A stretch of DNA of 64,000 nucleotides from Dimorphilus gyrociliatus (GCA_904063045.1 CAJFCJ010000006.1:2346946-2410945), one strand, 5' to 3'; positions 1 through 13,300 are shown, counted from the first letter of the stretch. Notes: a model not told the origin generated them from the sequence alone. Numbers and translations: made by a program.

Positions 1-128
1 TCCCAGCTATTCTATTACAAAACTGGTTCGTATAGTGATGATTTATTTGTACGATAATAAATAGAATAGACTAGTAAACCATACTTCTTGTGGGGTCTCG
101 TAAATCGAACATCTCTCTATTTAAAACA

Positions 129-998
129 ATGGATAGCGGAATATCTCAACACGACGAGGATGTTTTAAACCGAATATTTAATCCTAATCTGCCGTATAAT
201 AATGATGAAGAGGCCAAAGAAGTAATTCAATCAGGTTTTTTAGGAAAAAATTCAAGGTTAATTAAAATTTACTATGGCACATTTTTAACAGAAATTGAAA
301 CTGAAGATGACCTTCGAGCAAAACCATATGAAGTGGAAGCGATAAAATTAGCTGAGAAAGGAGAAATGGATCAAGCTTTTGCGAAACTTAATGAAGCTAT
401 TAAACTTGCTCCAAATAGAGCATCTTGCTTCAACAATCGGGCTCAAGTGTATAGATTAATAGGAGACTTGAATAGTAGGTTCTGTTACATATACTGAATA
501 TAGTATAGTGAAAACGCTAGATAGCATCATTCTTTTTATTGATTCATTAGAACTATCTAGATCATAAATCTTAGCCAGCTATCGCAAATTAGATTTAAAA
601 ATCTATTAAAGTCGGAATAAATGCTAAATTCATCTGATAAAATAACTAAGCTTAAATATTATTATTACTCATAGATGCCCTAAAGGATCTGGACACCGCC
701 ATAGATCTAAGCAAAAGTAAAGGAAAGGCTGCTTGCCAAGCTTTCACTCAAAGAGCTTTAATTCGAAAATTGCAGGGTAATTATTAGAAAATCAAACGTT
801 GCATAGTTGCTGGCAGGGGTAACATCAGGCTATTTTACAGGTAATGATGACGGAGCGATTTGCGACTTTAAAAGCGCTGCTGGTTTAGGAAGTGACTTTG
901 CAAAAAGTCAGGTAATTGCTATGAATCCTTATGCTGCTCTCTGTAATCAAATGCTTGGAGAAATGATCAGTAAACTGAAAAAGGGTGAAACAGATTAG
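129..998 (+). CDS. TTC36: Tetratricopeptide repeat protein 36 (spliced; introns ~235-291, 475-674, ~777-841)
   Basis: Spliced translation includes DEDVLNRIFNP, NRASCFNNRAQ, ALKDLDTAIDLS, AFTQRALIRKLQG and NPYAALCNQML, matching TTC36 motifs. GT-AG introns seen; ATG at 129. Confidence 0.88.
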
Positions 999-1361
999 AC
1001 ATTTTTCGAAAAGTATATACGGTGGTGCTAGGGGAATAATTTACTGCTAAGGAAAAACACTTCGTTATCATTCTCTTCATTAGCATAAAATATATCATAT
1101 TTAAACTTGAATGTTTAAAAAAAAACAGTTTATTTTACTTCAAAATAAAATCTATTCAAAAGATATTGAAAATTTGATGAATGAATAAAGTAAACAGTTA
1201 GAAAAACTTTAAAATTTGATTAAAAAATTTAATTATCCAACTTCAAAGTTTTAACTGTAATTCTCGAACACTCAATGTGCTTTTAATCATAAAGTGAGAT
1301 ATTAACAACTGAAAGAACAGTTTAATTCACTTTTATTAGATGATGTCTGTTGCAAATTGCT

Positions 1362-2042
1362 TCAACCAGATTTTAGATATTGCAAAAAAGCTAAGGCAGC
1401 TGAGACTAATAATCCGAAAAACGATATTATTACTAAGCCGTAGGAGAAGTGTAATCCAGTTTTAATCTTTGCACCGTAAACTACGAATCCAATGAAGATG
1501 AATAGACCTATGAGGAATTAAATCATTAAAATTTATTTAAAATAATCGACTTTTTGTTTCAACTTACAAGATACACCAAGTAGAATAATTAAAGCTAAAA
1601 GAACCAGCCTCTTATCAAACGTATGAATAAAGGCATAAACGCACAGGCATGCCGAGCTGGCAAATAAGGTAATTAATCCTATCGTAGTCATTGCTTGAAC
1701 GGTCCTATGGAAGCCTGATTAATTTTAAAAGGAAAAGTGGTATAGAATAAAGGATATCCCTGTTTCTTTGATATAAGGAAAAAAAGATAAATCATACTTA
1801 CCCATATCTTTCTGTATTCGACCTGGAACATTATCAAAATCTCTAGAACAAACGCACCATTGCCATAAACCCTCTTGATAAGTGCCTTTCAACAGTTCAT
1901 AGTCATATGAACCTATTCTCCATCCATTTGAAGCATAGCTGGCCACATAAACTACCATTGATATTGAAAAGACTAAACAAATGAGACCAAATAATCCTCC
2001 AAAATTGACATTATGTACTGTTGTTGTTCTATGAGAATCCAT
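1362..2042 (-). CDS. PMP22/EMP/claudin-superfamily four-TM protein (3 coding exons)
   Basis: N-terminal TM followed by W...EGLWQWC (claudin W-GLW-C signature). Later exons give GFHRTVQAMTTIGL and GLFIFIGFVVYG...FLQYLKSG*. Minus-strand AATAAA follows the stop. Confidence 0.75.
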
Positions 2043-3034
2043 AGATAATTCTTAATTAATAACTAACTGCCAATAGACTTTCTTACTGAATGTAAAGGAT
2101 ACACCTAACCATACTCTTTTCGATAAATCAATACTTGATAAGATAAAAAGGATTACGAATTTGCATAGGCCCCCTGAATTTTTTTCCTTTTTTTTATCGA
2201 TAAAGTAAAATCGATTGCCATCATGTATAACATTCTAACTAGAATGTCTGAGCTTACATTAGAATCACGAACTAAGTAATTTCCTTATCTGTGTGATGGG
2301 AAAGGGATTAAAATAAATCCTAATAAGTAGAACCATAGAGAGATCTGACTTGTCGTTGAGAACCTCTTATTCATCTTGAGAAATATAATTATTTAGTCTA
2401 TAAATTTTAGAATGTTTTTTTTTTTTTTATTGATTAAAAATGTTTTGAAATTGAAACTAATTAATGATAAAAAGGGCTGACTTGTGCAACTTTTTTATTT
2501 AAATACTGTAATGAGAAAAATTATTTTTCATGAGTACGTTTTCTTCTATCTAAACCTATATTTTCTGTTCGAAAACGAGTACTTTTTTATTATTATGTTA
2601 CCAAAATAATATATTTATTAGTAATAAAAAGATATTCATCCTTTAATAAAAAAATGTAAAATCTGTTAAATTCTACAATAGAACTCAGTAAGGTAGTTCT
2701 TTTTAATCTTGAGAAAAAAACTATTAACTTATTCTTAATGAATTATTAATTATTTTTATCGGGGGCGTGTTTTTTCTTTAAAACTTAACTATTTCAGATT
2801 TGTAAGTATAGTTAATGATTTTTTCCACTTAAATTCCAATTTTCTATAAAATATTGATGAATTTCTTTACGATAATTAGCTTTTTTCATAAGGGTTTTCA
2901 GCAATTTTCCACCAATTTCACAGAAATAGATTGAATATTTGTAATTTCACTTTAATGATGAAATCTCAAAAAGAGGATAGGTAGCCTAACTAAATAAATT
3001 CGATAAAAACACGTCATTAAGGCAAAGTGACAAA

Positions 3035-4712
3035 ATGGATGATTCAGAAGGCAGTGAGGCAGGTCCAGAACCAACTAATAATGAAGGATCACACAGCGAA
3101 CAGTTCCCAAAAAATTCTGATCCACAACTTTTTTTAAGTATATTCAGTTACGGTAATTTATAAAAGTTGAACCGATTTTCGTTTGTTACTTTAAAATCGC
3201 TTCAACCACAGCTCGACAGTTTTTGGTTGAGTATGGATGGCAATTGCTATTTTTCTTCGCTGCATTTATGATAATATATGAATTCTTCTTAAAAAACATC
3301 ATTAAAAAATGGATGGAAAAGCGAACAATTAGTTCTCAGTGGGATTTTCGTAAGTAGTTTCCATTTCTTCGAATTATAATCAACGCCAGTAAAATAAAAG
3401 TAAAACTAACGTTATTCAAAGAAATCAGGTTCTCTTATTTGGTCGGGTCTTTCTTCTTTCTTTAAAAATATTAATTAGTTTCGTTATTGACAACTATTTT
3501 CAATTAAATCCAAAATTGGAAATCAATCTAAATTCAACTTTAAATAACGTGTATAATACATATCGTCATATACATATAGCTATATTTGTAATAAATTCAT
3601 AAATATGATATAGTCTTTCCAATATAATAATATTAGGTAAATTATAAAAAAATACGTTAATTCATAATTAATCCTATTTGTTAAATCAAAAAAAAAAGGG
3701 AATCAGAGAAGGAATAGATAAATTTCCCTTAAGAATTCCATAAAAGTTTCATAGTGATTAGCAGATAAAATTTAGCCAGCCAAATGTTAAGTCTAGGAAA
3801 GTCAGTGTTATTCTGTTGCCCTTTATGACTTTATAATTTTTTTCAGATGCAAAATCGGCTGAGAAACATCAAGCAGCTTTGGAAGAAGCTAGACTAAAGA
3901 TGCAAGAGAGACAAAATAAGATGGCAGAGGAACATGCTCAAAAGATGAAGGAGGTTAGCAATTGGGAAAAATTGGATTCTTAAATTTCCTAATTTAATAG
4001 ATAAATATTTTTATATTAAAACAATAATATCTACAAGATATTATGTAAAAAACATAGACAATTTTATATGTAAATTAAGCGTTGTCTAAAGCTTATTTCA
4101 ATTTTATTTATATATTGTATTTATAAAAATTATGTATACATTTGTTATATAGATCATCCGTTTTATAAATATTATCCTATGTTTGTTCTTAGAAAGAGGA
4201 ACAAAAGCGTCTAGAGAAAATTGAAGAATTTGAAAAACACGAAAAAGGTCAAGGATATTATTCTAAACTAGTTGGTTAATTTTTCTTACGGTGTATTTTA
4301 CAAGTTCTTCTGTTTAATTCATTGAAATTTCTCTAGAGACACACTGCAGGCTCAAGTGTTTCTAATGAAACTAAATCTGAAAAATCTGACTCTGCCACCA
4401 CAAGGCGGAAAAATGTCTATAGACAAACAGATTATAACCCTCTTACCGGTGGATCAAGTAAGTAAATTTATCATCTTTTTTATAAAACGTAAGGAAGACA
4501 AACTGCTACTTTAATGTGAACTTTACAAGTAGCACTAATGATTAATGAAGACCTCAATATAAAAAGATGTAAAATTACATACTTAGATAGACAAGGAGGG
4601 AAAAGCTTGTTTATATAAAAGGGAGCTTTTTGAAAATCAATAAATGTTTTCAGCAGATTCTTGCGCTTACCGACCAAATAGAAGAGGACCTTCATCTGGT
4701 GGATGACGATAA
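3035..4712 (+). CDS. SELENOS: Selenoprotein S (VIMP); 6 coding exons; in-frame TGA at 4704-4706 read as Sec; true stop TAA at 4710-4712
   Basis: Manual splicing gives YGWQLLFFFAAF (TM), QAALEEARLKMQE, DYNPLTGGS and C-terminal CAYRPNRRGPSSGG-U-R*, matching the SelS tail RRGPSSGGUG. A SECIS follows. Missed by the ORF track because the exons are short. Confidence 0.93.
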
Positions 4713-4745
4713 ATGAATACCTTATTTTCAAATTGGTTTTTCTAA

Positions 4746-4810
4746 ACTGAAGTTATGACGTGTGTAGTGCAAACGACGAAAGTCGACACTTCGCATCGAT
4801 GGTGCTCAGT
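4746..4810 (+). promoter_or_regulatory. SECIS element (type II) in the SELENOS 3' UTR
   Basis: Helix I ACTGA(4746-50)/TCAGT(4806-10). Core ATGAC(4755-59)/CGAT(4797-4800). Helix II GTGTGTAGTG/CACTTCGCAT (9 of 10 paired, including G-U). Apical AAA at 4771-73, then mini-stem GAC-GAAA-GTC. Confidence 0.9.
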
Positions 4811-6223
4811 ATCTTATATAGTAGAAAAGCCAATGTTTATATAAACAATAATTTTGTAAAAGATCCCTTATACTATTTAAACGTTGATTACAACTTATAG
4901 ATTCATTTCTATAGGATATAAATAATTTATATAATTATGTTTTCTTGTGTGCAGTATATGTATGTGGGTGTGTTCTTTGTATTTACTTGCATACAGCACC
5001 TATCAGAAGGGACTATTTATATTTTCTGCTATATTTATTATATTTAATAAAATGATTCTATCAAAGTTTGTTTTTTTTTTGGAAATGGAAACAATTTTAT
5101 TGCTGCTAGAAAAAATGTGGCTGTATACAGCGTATTTACAATAGAGAACAGAAACACAAAACGAGTTTTCTGTTTATAATAACAACGCACATAGAAAAAT
5201 GTGAAGAAACTTTCTTACGAACTCAGCAGTAAAAATTTTGTATAGTTTATATGCTAAAATTATTGCGGCTGATCTTTCATCCTTCTTATTATCTTTTATC
5301 TTCTTCACTTTCGATCTTGATGATATTTTCCTCTTCCTGAATTATTTTTTGTCGATAATAATGCCATGTTATTCTATACTTCAATTTTTTTTGTGGTTGA
5401 ATTGTTCACAATTATAGATGATATAAAAAAATCTGACAAGATATACAGAATATGGACTTAACAATAACATTACAATTCATATTACGTGATAACGTGTTAT
5501 ATTCCTTTTCTTCATTTAATTATTTCATCAATGACGTACTATTTGTTATATTTTTTATTTTCCTTGGTTCCTCTCTTCCCTTTTGGAAAAAACCTTTTTA
5601 AAAATTGGAAGGAAAATTCATTGATTAACGTTAATTAGCTAAAAGAAAAGTGATTAGAACAATTACAATGTTTTCAAAATGACATGAAGGATTTGTAGTA
5701 CGTCACAATATGTTTACAGTTTATATAATACGTATGATAAAAATTAACCTCACAGAAAAGTACCATTCCAAGTACTATTAACTTCAGACAAACTCAAAAA
5801 ACGGCAGCCTTAAGCAAACACTCGACCCGCCAGATGACGCTACTATGAATAATGCATGATGAGAAAAATGTCTTTTTTTTATCACACTCTATAGTGGTCT
5901 ATACAACAAAATACGCGATAAAAAATAATTGAGCGTTTCAAAACAATCGACATGTGCAGGGTCGTTTGAAAGATTAACAAATTATGTACACTCTTCAGGT
6001 CGATAATTTCGACCGATGCAGTACTAGTAAGCTCGGTTTCGATTTGGATTATATTGAGCAAAAATTGTTGTAGTTTCTATCCAAATATTCGCGCTTCTCG
6101 TCATCCCTCCTTGTTTCCTTCGTACTGTAAAAAAGAAGAAAAAAAACTAACCTTTATATATTGATATTTATATTTATGTGACCTTTTTCGGCCTACAATT
6201 TTCCCCTTTAAGATGTCTCTTTC

Positions 6224-6229
<6 letters not shown>

Positions 6230-6256
<27 letters not shown>

Positions 6257-6260
6257 GCTT

Positions 6261-6300
<40 letters not shown>
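6230..6300. repeat. (TC)n followed by (CA)n microsatellite
   Basis: Directly visible dinucleotide runs. Confidence 0.95.
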
Positions 6301-8075
6301 TTCCTACCACTTTATGTCTCTTTCCCATTCTATTTATACTTTTTCTTTACCTTATGAAACTCTAAATGATTTATTAAATGATAGCCGTTAAGGCATGGAA
6401 CAAGGAAGTTACTACTCAGCAACCGATTCTCTTCTCATATGCTAGGAAATATGAAAAAGTATATCGACTCTAATGAAAATTGATCGTTTGAATAAAGCTT
6501 GTTCGACTTAATTAAACGTCTCATTCCACACCTGCGCAAGAGCCGATTAATTAACAATGTAGATTTTTATGATTTTTTTACGCCTTTTACGCCTTTTTCC
6601 GTAAGTCTTTGGATAAAAAACTACGAATGGGAAAGTTGCTTATTCGATTTGAAATGTCAGCGCGACTAGTTGACCGTATGTATAGTTTATAATAGTGAAG
6701 TATATCGTAAAATAGCATAGTGGATGCGCGTAAGGCTTTATTACTTAAAAGAAAATTTCCAAATGGCGAAATCGCTTATTAATTACTCGAGCTTTTAATT
6801 TTACTCATCTAATTGGTTTTAGCCGCGGTTAATATCAAATGATCTTTACTCGTTCTGTAAGTTATTTAAATTGACAGGTCTGACAGCTTGATCGTGAAAG
6901 CGGAAAATATAAGCGTTTCAGTTCAAATAACACTAATTTATAGATGTGTCAATATAAGCAAATAAATAAGGATATATATATATTTATATACAGTATATAT
7001 AAATATCGTTTTCTTAACAGGAAAAGGTCCAATTGGGTGCTAATGTACTTCCTGCCGAGTAAAAAGTGCTCTTTTCCCGTCTTACGAGATAAGAGTAGAA
7101 AATATATAGGCTCAAAAAAGCTAACGATTGCCAACCTTTTCTCTCTGCAGTAGCGTATTGACGAGTTTATTGAAGGTCAAAAAAGAAAATACAAAAAAAA
7201 TAGACTAAGTGTCTTTACATTGCGGTCGATGATAATAAACGAGAAACTTAGCTTAAGGTATCTTTATTAAGCCTAACGGAACAAGCCCACCAATAGTGAG
7301 AGAAAGAATAGAAGAAATTTTTTTTTTTGTATTATAATCTATTGTTTTTTTTAATTAATCTCTATTTTACCTCACTTGTAAAAAAAAAGAGAGAGAAAAC
7401 ACATACTATTAGCCGATATAGACATTATTCGTTTGCTATTTTCTCTCCCTCCCCCTCTCTCTCTCTCTTTCTCTTTCTTTCTATCTCTCTCTTCTTTACG
7501 GCTTACTAGTATACTAGTAATTTTCGAGTTGTTTTTAGAAAAAGAGCTGAAGTGTTTGTCAAGATAAGAGAATCGAATAAATTTAGGTTGATTTATAAAA
7601 TTCCCTTCTAAATAGAAAAAAATGGGGAACAGGCGAAGAGATAGATAAATAGATTGAGAAGAAACAGATATATGCATAATAAAATCACAAGTGAATTATT
7701 TTTATATCTAGGGAGATTGTAGGATGATTATTTGTTTTCACTATTAGATGACCACGCCCTTTCGCTAAAAAAGTAAAGTTGCAATACGTTTCAAATATCA
7801 TCGAGGAATATTTTCTTCTTTTACAAGGCTACGACCAAAGAAATGAAAAATGGTGGGAAAATTCACTTAATTAGCTACCTCGAGGCAAAGTACTTCGTTT
7901 CAGACGAGGTAGGATAGGATTATCAGGGCTGCCAACTCTGTTTGGGTGTGTTATTATTATTGTGAATTGCAAACCTCTGATCGATTGGTTGCTAACTCGT
8001 TCTATAATTTAAAAAAAACCTTTCTTTCTTTCTCTCTCTCTCTCTCTTTCTCTTTCATGCTATGCTAACGACGTT

Positions 8076-8564
8076 TTATTTATCTTTTACTATTTTTTCA
8101 AAGCATGGCTGAAAAGTTCGATTGGAAACTATTTTGCGCCATCTAACGGTGAGCCCTAGTCCTGTAAGGAGGGCTAATTTTTTGTTCGATAGGAGAAGGT
8201 AGTATCAATAAATAAACTTACCCATTTCATCGATTCGATGCGACATCGCGAGAGTTATGCCCACCAAAAGAATACTAATGATAATAAGACCTCCCGCTAC
8301 TATCATAACAGCTCTGGCAATCTTTTTTTGTTTCATAGTTTGAACTTCATCCTCATCTCCGGCAACGGTTCCTGCCAATGCTCGAACTTCGTCCCCGGGA
8401 GATGTTTTAAAATAGGTATTCGAGTCAGCTGTGTATGATATTACTTCTATACCGTCATCGTTTGTAACCGAAGTATCTTGTATTGTATGAGGTGGATAGA
8501 TGCAGGAAGAAGAGGAATCGGTCAGTTCCATTCCAGCGTTGTATTCTTCGTCCACCGTCGACAT
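8076..8564 (-). CDS. Uncharacterised single-pass membrane protein (acidic N-terminus, C-terminal TM helix)
   Basis: ORF 8564-8222 has TM AVMIVAGGLIIISILLVGITLAMS and donor G|GTAAGT. A 60-bp intron to the acceptor at 8162 gives a last exon ending VKDK*. The last exon is uncertain. Confidence 0.55.
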
Positions 8565-10339
8565 GTGATTGCATTCTATCTATCCAAATCCATAATTTCT
8601 TTTAGTTTTTACACATAGAAATTGGATGGGATTTAGTTGCGAGTGTATTTTCTCTTAAATCGATCCTTGTCTATAATTTGCTTGTAATCCAATGTATTCT
8701 TTTGTCTACACCGTTCGTAATTTTGTTTACGACTGTCTATTATACTCACTCATTCACTCTTTCAATCTCTCTTTGTATCTCTCTCTCTCTCGCTCTCTCG
8801 TGGCGAATGTTGACGCCGCGTCGATACGCAGTTATCTTTATTCAGTAGTAGACGTCATCCATGCATATTCATTTGCGTTTGTTAGTAATGTTAGGTTTAT
8901 AAAGCGCCATCTTTCGTCGTCTTTAAATATTTTTTGATTGGGTATTTTAACGTCATAAAATATGACAAACACGTAAAAAAGACCTAACAAGCTATGGAAA
9001 GTAGCGTATTTCTATTCCAGATATAATTTAAGTAAAGTATGTAGAAGTTTTTACTTAACAATTATTCCTGATTGACCGTATTTTAGTTAATTAATAAGAG
9101 TTTAATAGATTGTTTAAAAATTTATATATACTTCGTATATTTTACTAAAATATAATGAAGGGAAATTTTTTAATTAATGCTTGACAGGAGAAATGGAATT
9201 ACTGAGTCACGTACTTTTGCAGCTTTATCAATAAGAATAAGCATTAGATTTTTCGTCAAATAGGCTACTTTTACTTATTATTTATATATTCAATTCTATT
9301 TTAACAACTAGAAAAACTAGACTAAGCTTCTTACAACCTAAGAAATTTTAACTCAATTAGAATAGGTATAAGCTGTCTATCTAGTCGCCTTTTTTCTCTG
9401 ACATTCATAAACATGACTTCAAGATCAATTAAAGAATAGAAGACGATTTGGGTTATATAGAGAGTAAAATGTTTCACTTCCTTCTATTCAAGTAATTCTA
9501 GACAATACCTTTTTCAATGATAATTCCCAATTAATTACTACGAAATTGGATAGTTTATCTTCAAGGACAAATTCATTATGGATCAATAATAATGGTAATT
9601 TCGTAATGATTTGGTATATACAGTATATACAAAATTTAAAGAATCTTGAAAAGGATAATGCTTATATACGTAATGCACAGAGAATAATCTCTCTCTCTCC
9701 TTTAGTATGATTATTTCAAATATATTAAAACTGCTCCTTTTTCCACAATCAATTAGATATTAATTTGAAATTCTGTCTCTTCTGTTTATCCAGTAAATAT
9801 GCCTATACAGCTATTTAATTCACTTTTATGAGATGTAAATAGTTAATATGTAAATTAAGATCGAAATAATTTCACTGTTTTTCCAAATGTACAGAAAATA
9901 CATTGATTCGGCTTAGCTTTCTAATATAATTTATCAAGGATTAAAAAAGTATCACTTTTGTTAATGCTTCGCTATTTAATGAATAATCTCTTCTTTAATG
10001 GAATACCATTGTAATTTTAAAAGACTTTTTTTTTATAAAGTGTAAAAAATCAATGATTACAATTAGATTTTATGAAATTTATAGAAACTTTACTTATTCA
10101 TTAAATATCTATTGAAAAATTATATGTATTTCTTTATATAGATGGATGTAAATATTATAAACAATTATAATTATGCAAATAGCAACACTTTCCCTTTCGT
10201 CAGCGAAACTTTTTCATTGTCAATATAGAGTGTTATATATTCGTCTCAAATATCAATATATGATAAAGGAATGTATTTTATCATGTTAAATGATGTAAAT
10301 ATTTTTGATTTATGTGTTTGTCTATCAATAAAACAAATA

Positions 10340-13300
10340 TTAATTTAATCCCAATTCGTCCAAATATCCTTCAGGTGCTTCAATCTGTAGAGTAACAAAT
10401 TACAAGTAAACAATTTAACACTTAGATAAATTAAATAGGCTACAAGAGATTTTGACTATTTTCCTATAAATTAAAATATATTCAAGTGTTCAAAAATTGC
10501 ATTTGCGATTATGAGAGTAGAAAGACAGAAAGGGATGAGAAAATTAAAAAGCGTATAAAAATTAAAAAGAGAAAATAAATAGCAGTGTTCCAGTAGTAAT
10601 GAATCCCCAACCTCACGTCCAAAACTAGCAAAAATTGAAAAAGCCCCGAGAAAATTGAAATAAACTCCCAAAAGAAGAAAAAAGAGAATAGATTTTTATT
10701 TCATCTTAGTAAGCTTGTGACACAAAAATAATATCTAAAATTATTTTGGTTAGATACTTGTGGATAGTGACAAGTAAAGAAAGAACAATACTAATAAGGG
10801 ATTTTCCAAGAAATTCTTGCAATAGTGTATTAACTCAATATAAGGTTAAATATATAAATATAGTCAGAGAGTTGAAGCATTATATTCATTATAAAAGCAG
10901 GCAATATTAGTTTAGAATAATTGACTGAAGATAGCTATAATTTTATTTTCTATATAAACTTCTGGAATTTGTCTGGTTGGTTTGGTATCTTATTAAATTA
11001 CAGCATCACAAACTCTTAGAGAGGTTTTCGATTAAAAATGACTAGCCTAGTCCAAGTTCTTCAAAAAATCCTTGAGGCATTTCATCCTGTATGAATTATA
11101 TATACAAATAATATTTTTATTATTTTTTTTCTTTTAAATAAAACTAAAAAGAAATCAAAATAAAAATAATTTTTTCTTTCTTTTTCTTTTTCAATTTACT
11201 TAAAAAAAAATAGAAAAAAAATAAAAAAAAGTACTTTATTCGGATTTATAAGAAAGAAAAGTGTGTCTATGACAGTTTTTTCTATTGTTACTACAGTTTT
11301 TCAGTAAAACTGAAAGAAATCTGTTCAGTTTAGAAAAGACAATTTGTATAGTTTTCTGATAAAGGAGAAGAGAAAATGAATTTTAAAATAATATTAGTTG
11401 CAAGTAATGTATTATTTAAAACATCTTTTCCTCTCCTCTTTGTTATGCTTATATTGTAAGGGAAAAAGAGGAAATATTTTTTACTTCTCTAACATAGAGA
11501 CCATGTGAGAGGGAAATAGTTTTTCTATATTTGTACTATGTATTTATATTTATAAAAAAATAATTATTTATAACTAAGTAAGAAAAACTCTATATTTAAT
11601 TAAGTAATTAAATATAAGGAAACTTATGTAGATTCTTTCTTGTAAGCATTGATGTTTTTTTTTAAAACGTGAAGACTGATTGAAAGATCAATAAGACACC
11701 TTGCAAAGAAATTAACCTAATCCATGATCTTCGAAAAATCCCTGGGGCGTTTCTTCCTGTACCAAAGCAGAAATTTGGCCTTAGTTTTTTTTTAAAGTTT
11801 TAGTCCTTTCATATTATGTTTGGGGATGTAATGTAGACAACAATAAGCCAAAAACTTCGTAAAAAATCTGTTCATGCTTCTAGCGAAACGTTAAAACATG
11901 ATGAAGGAATTAGTACTTCAACTGAAATTTTCGGATTGTTTACTTTTGTCATCAAAGAGAATAAACTCCAGTTAATAAAAAAAAGACAACAGAGGGACAG
12001 AACGATCACTTCAAATAAAGTGAGACTGACTTCTTTATAAGTCTCAAAATAGATTCAGGTGTGGTTGTTGAAATAAGTGTAAACTCTCTCTAACTCATCT
12101 TGTCAAACCGTTCGTTTTCAGTGCTTGATCGAGAACTTCATCCTTTTGAAAAATATTTCTAAGAAAGATTTCAAGGTCCACGCTCTTCATAAACTTTTCA
12201 GTATATATGCACGATCTACTTGCTTGTTACAGGCCAAGTGTAATTAGTAAAATTTTAATACCCTGTAACACTGTTGTTCGTGTCTCACTCTTTTAAATAT
12301 ATATATATATATACAATAACATATATATATGTCGTTTCAACATTACCAATGTGGTTTGAAATATTCTGTTCTTGAAGAAGTGAATACGATATTTTAGGAA
12401 AGATTTTCAAGAAAATGCAATGGTAAAGAAGCGTTTATAACTAGATTTTTATCAAGCATTACTTAATGTCATGCAGGGATTCGACCTACAAGATCTATTT
12501 AATACAAAAATCATAGAACACAACAGAATGAAATAGATGGATCATTCTAAAAATAGATTTAAAAAAAAAAAGCAAATAATAAATAAATTTCGTTACCTCT
12601 TGCAATAGATCTTGAGCGGCTATTGCCTTCAAAACGTTCTTCTTAGAAGTCTCTTGGATTTCTCCACCAAGAATAAGTTCGTCGAGCATAAAATAGGCTT
12701 TTTCAAAATTGAAAATTATATCCAATTCGCATACCTAATAATAAAATGTAAGTTATATACATTATTATTCATAACAAGGCTTTTGTAAAAATTTAATTAG
12801 AGAAGGAAAAAAAAGATATTATACAGTATATATATATATACATATATTAGTATATACTGTTTATATAATACGTCCAGTATAAAACTTAAAATGAAGCGCA
12901 GGTATATACAGTATACACATATATATATATAACTATTTATGCAATAACCAACAATACAGATAAAGCCATGCAATAAAAAAAAAAGAAGAAAAATAAGGTA
13001 TTTTATAGATAATTCAATAAAAAACATATTATTGTTTCCTTAATAATATTTTTAAAGCATAGAACTTGTTTGGTATTTTTCGTTCTATTGTTTTATTTTC
13101 TTTTCTTTGTTTATACATTTCTTTTTACTCAGTAAGATTAAGATTACAATAGGTATATCCTTTATAGATCTTGTTTCCTTTCCACTATATAAAAAAAAAT
13201 AAAGCAGCTTCAAAATAAAAAAAATTTAAACAGTATGAAAGATGAGAAATATTTCTCTTCTTTCATTTTTTTCTAAGCTACGTTTACAATTTAGTAACTA

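Noticed and set aside
90-128. Upstream non-ATG start given for TTC36 in the ORF track
   Set aside because: The ATG at 129 gives an N-terminus matching the family, so the extension is not needed.
6101-6328. 75-aa ORF rich in ERERE
   Set aside because: It is the translation of the (TC)n/(CA)n microsatellite.
7875-7912. Hairpin CTACCTCG...CGAGGTAG with a let-7-like GAGGTAG
   Set aside because: Only an 8-bp stem with a poorly paired interior; the rest does not match let-7.
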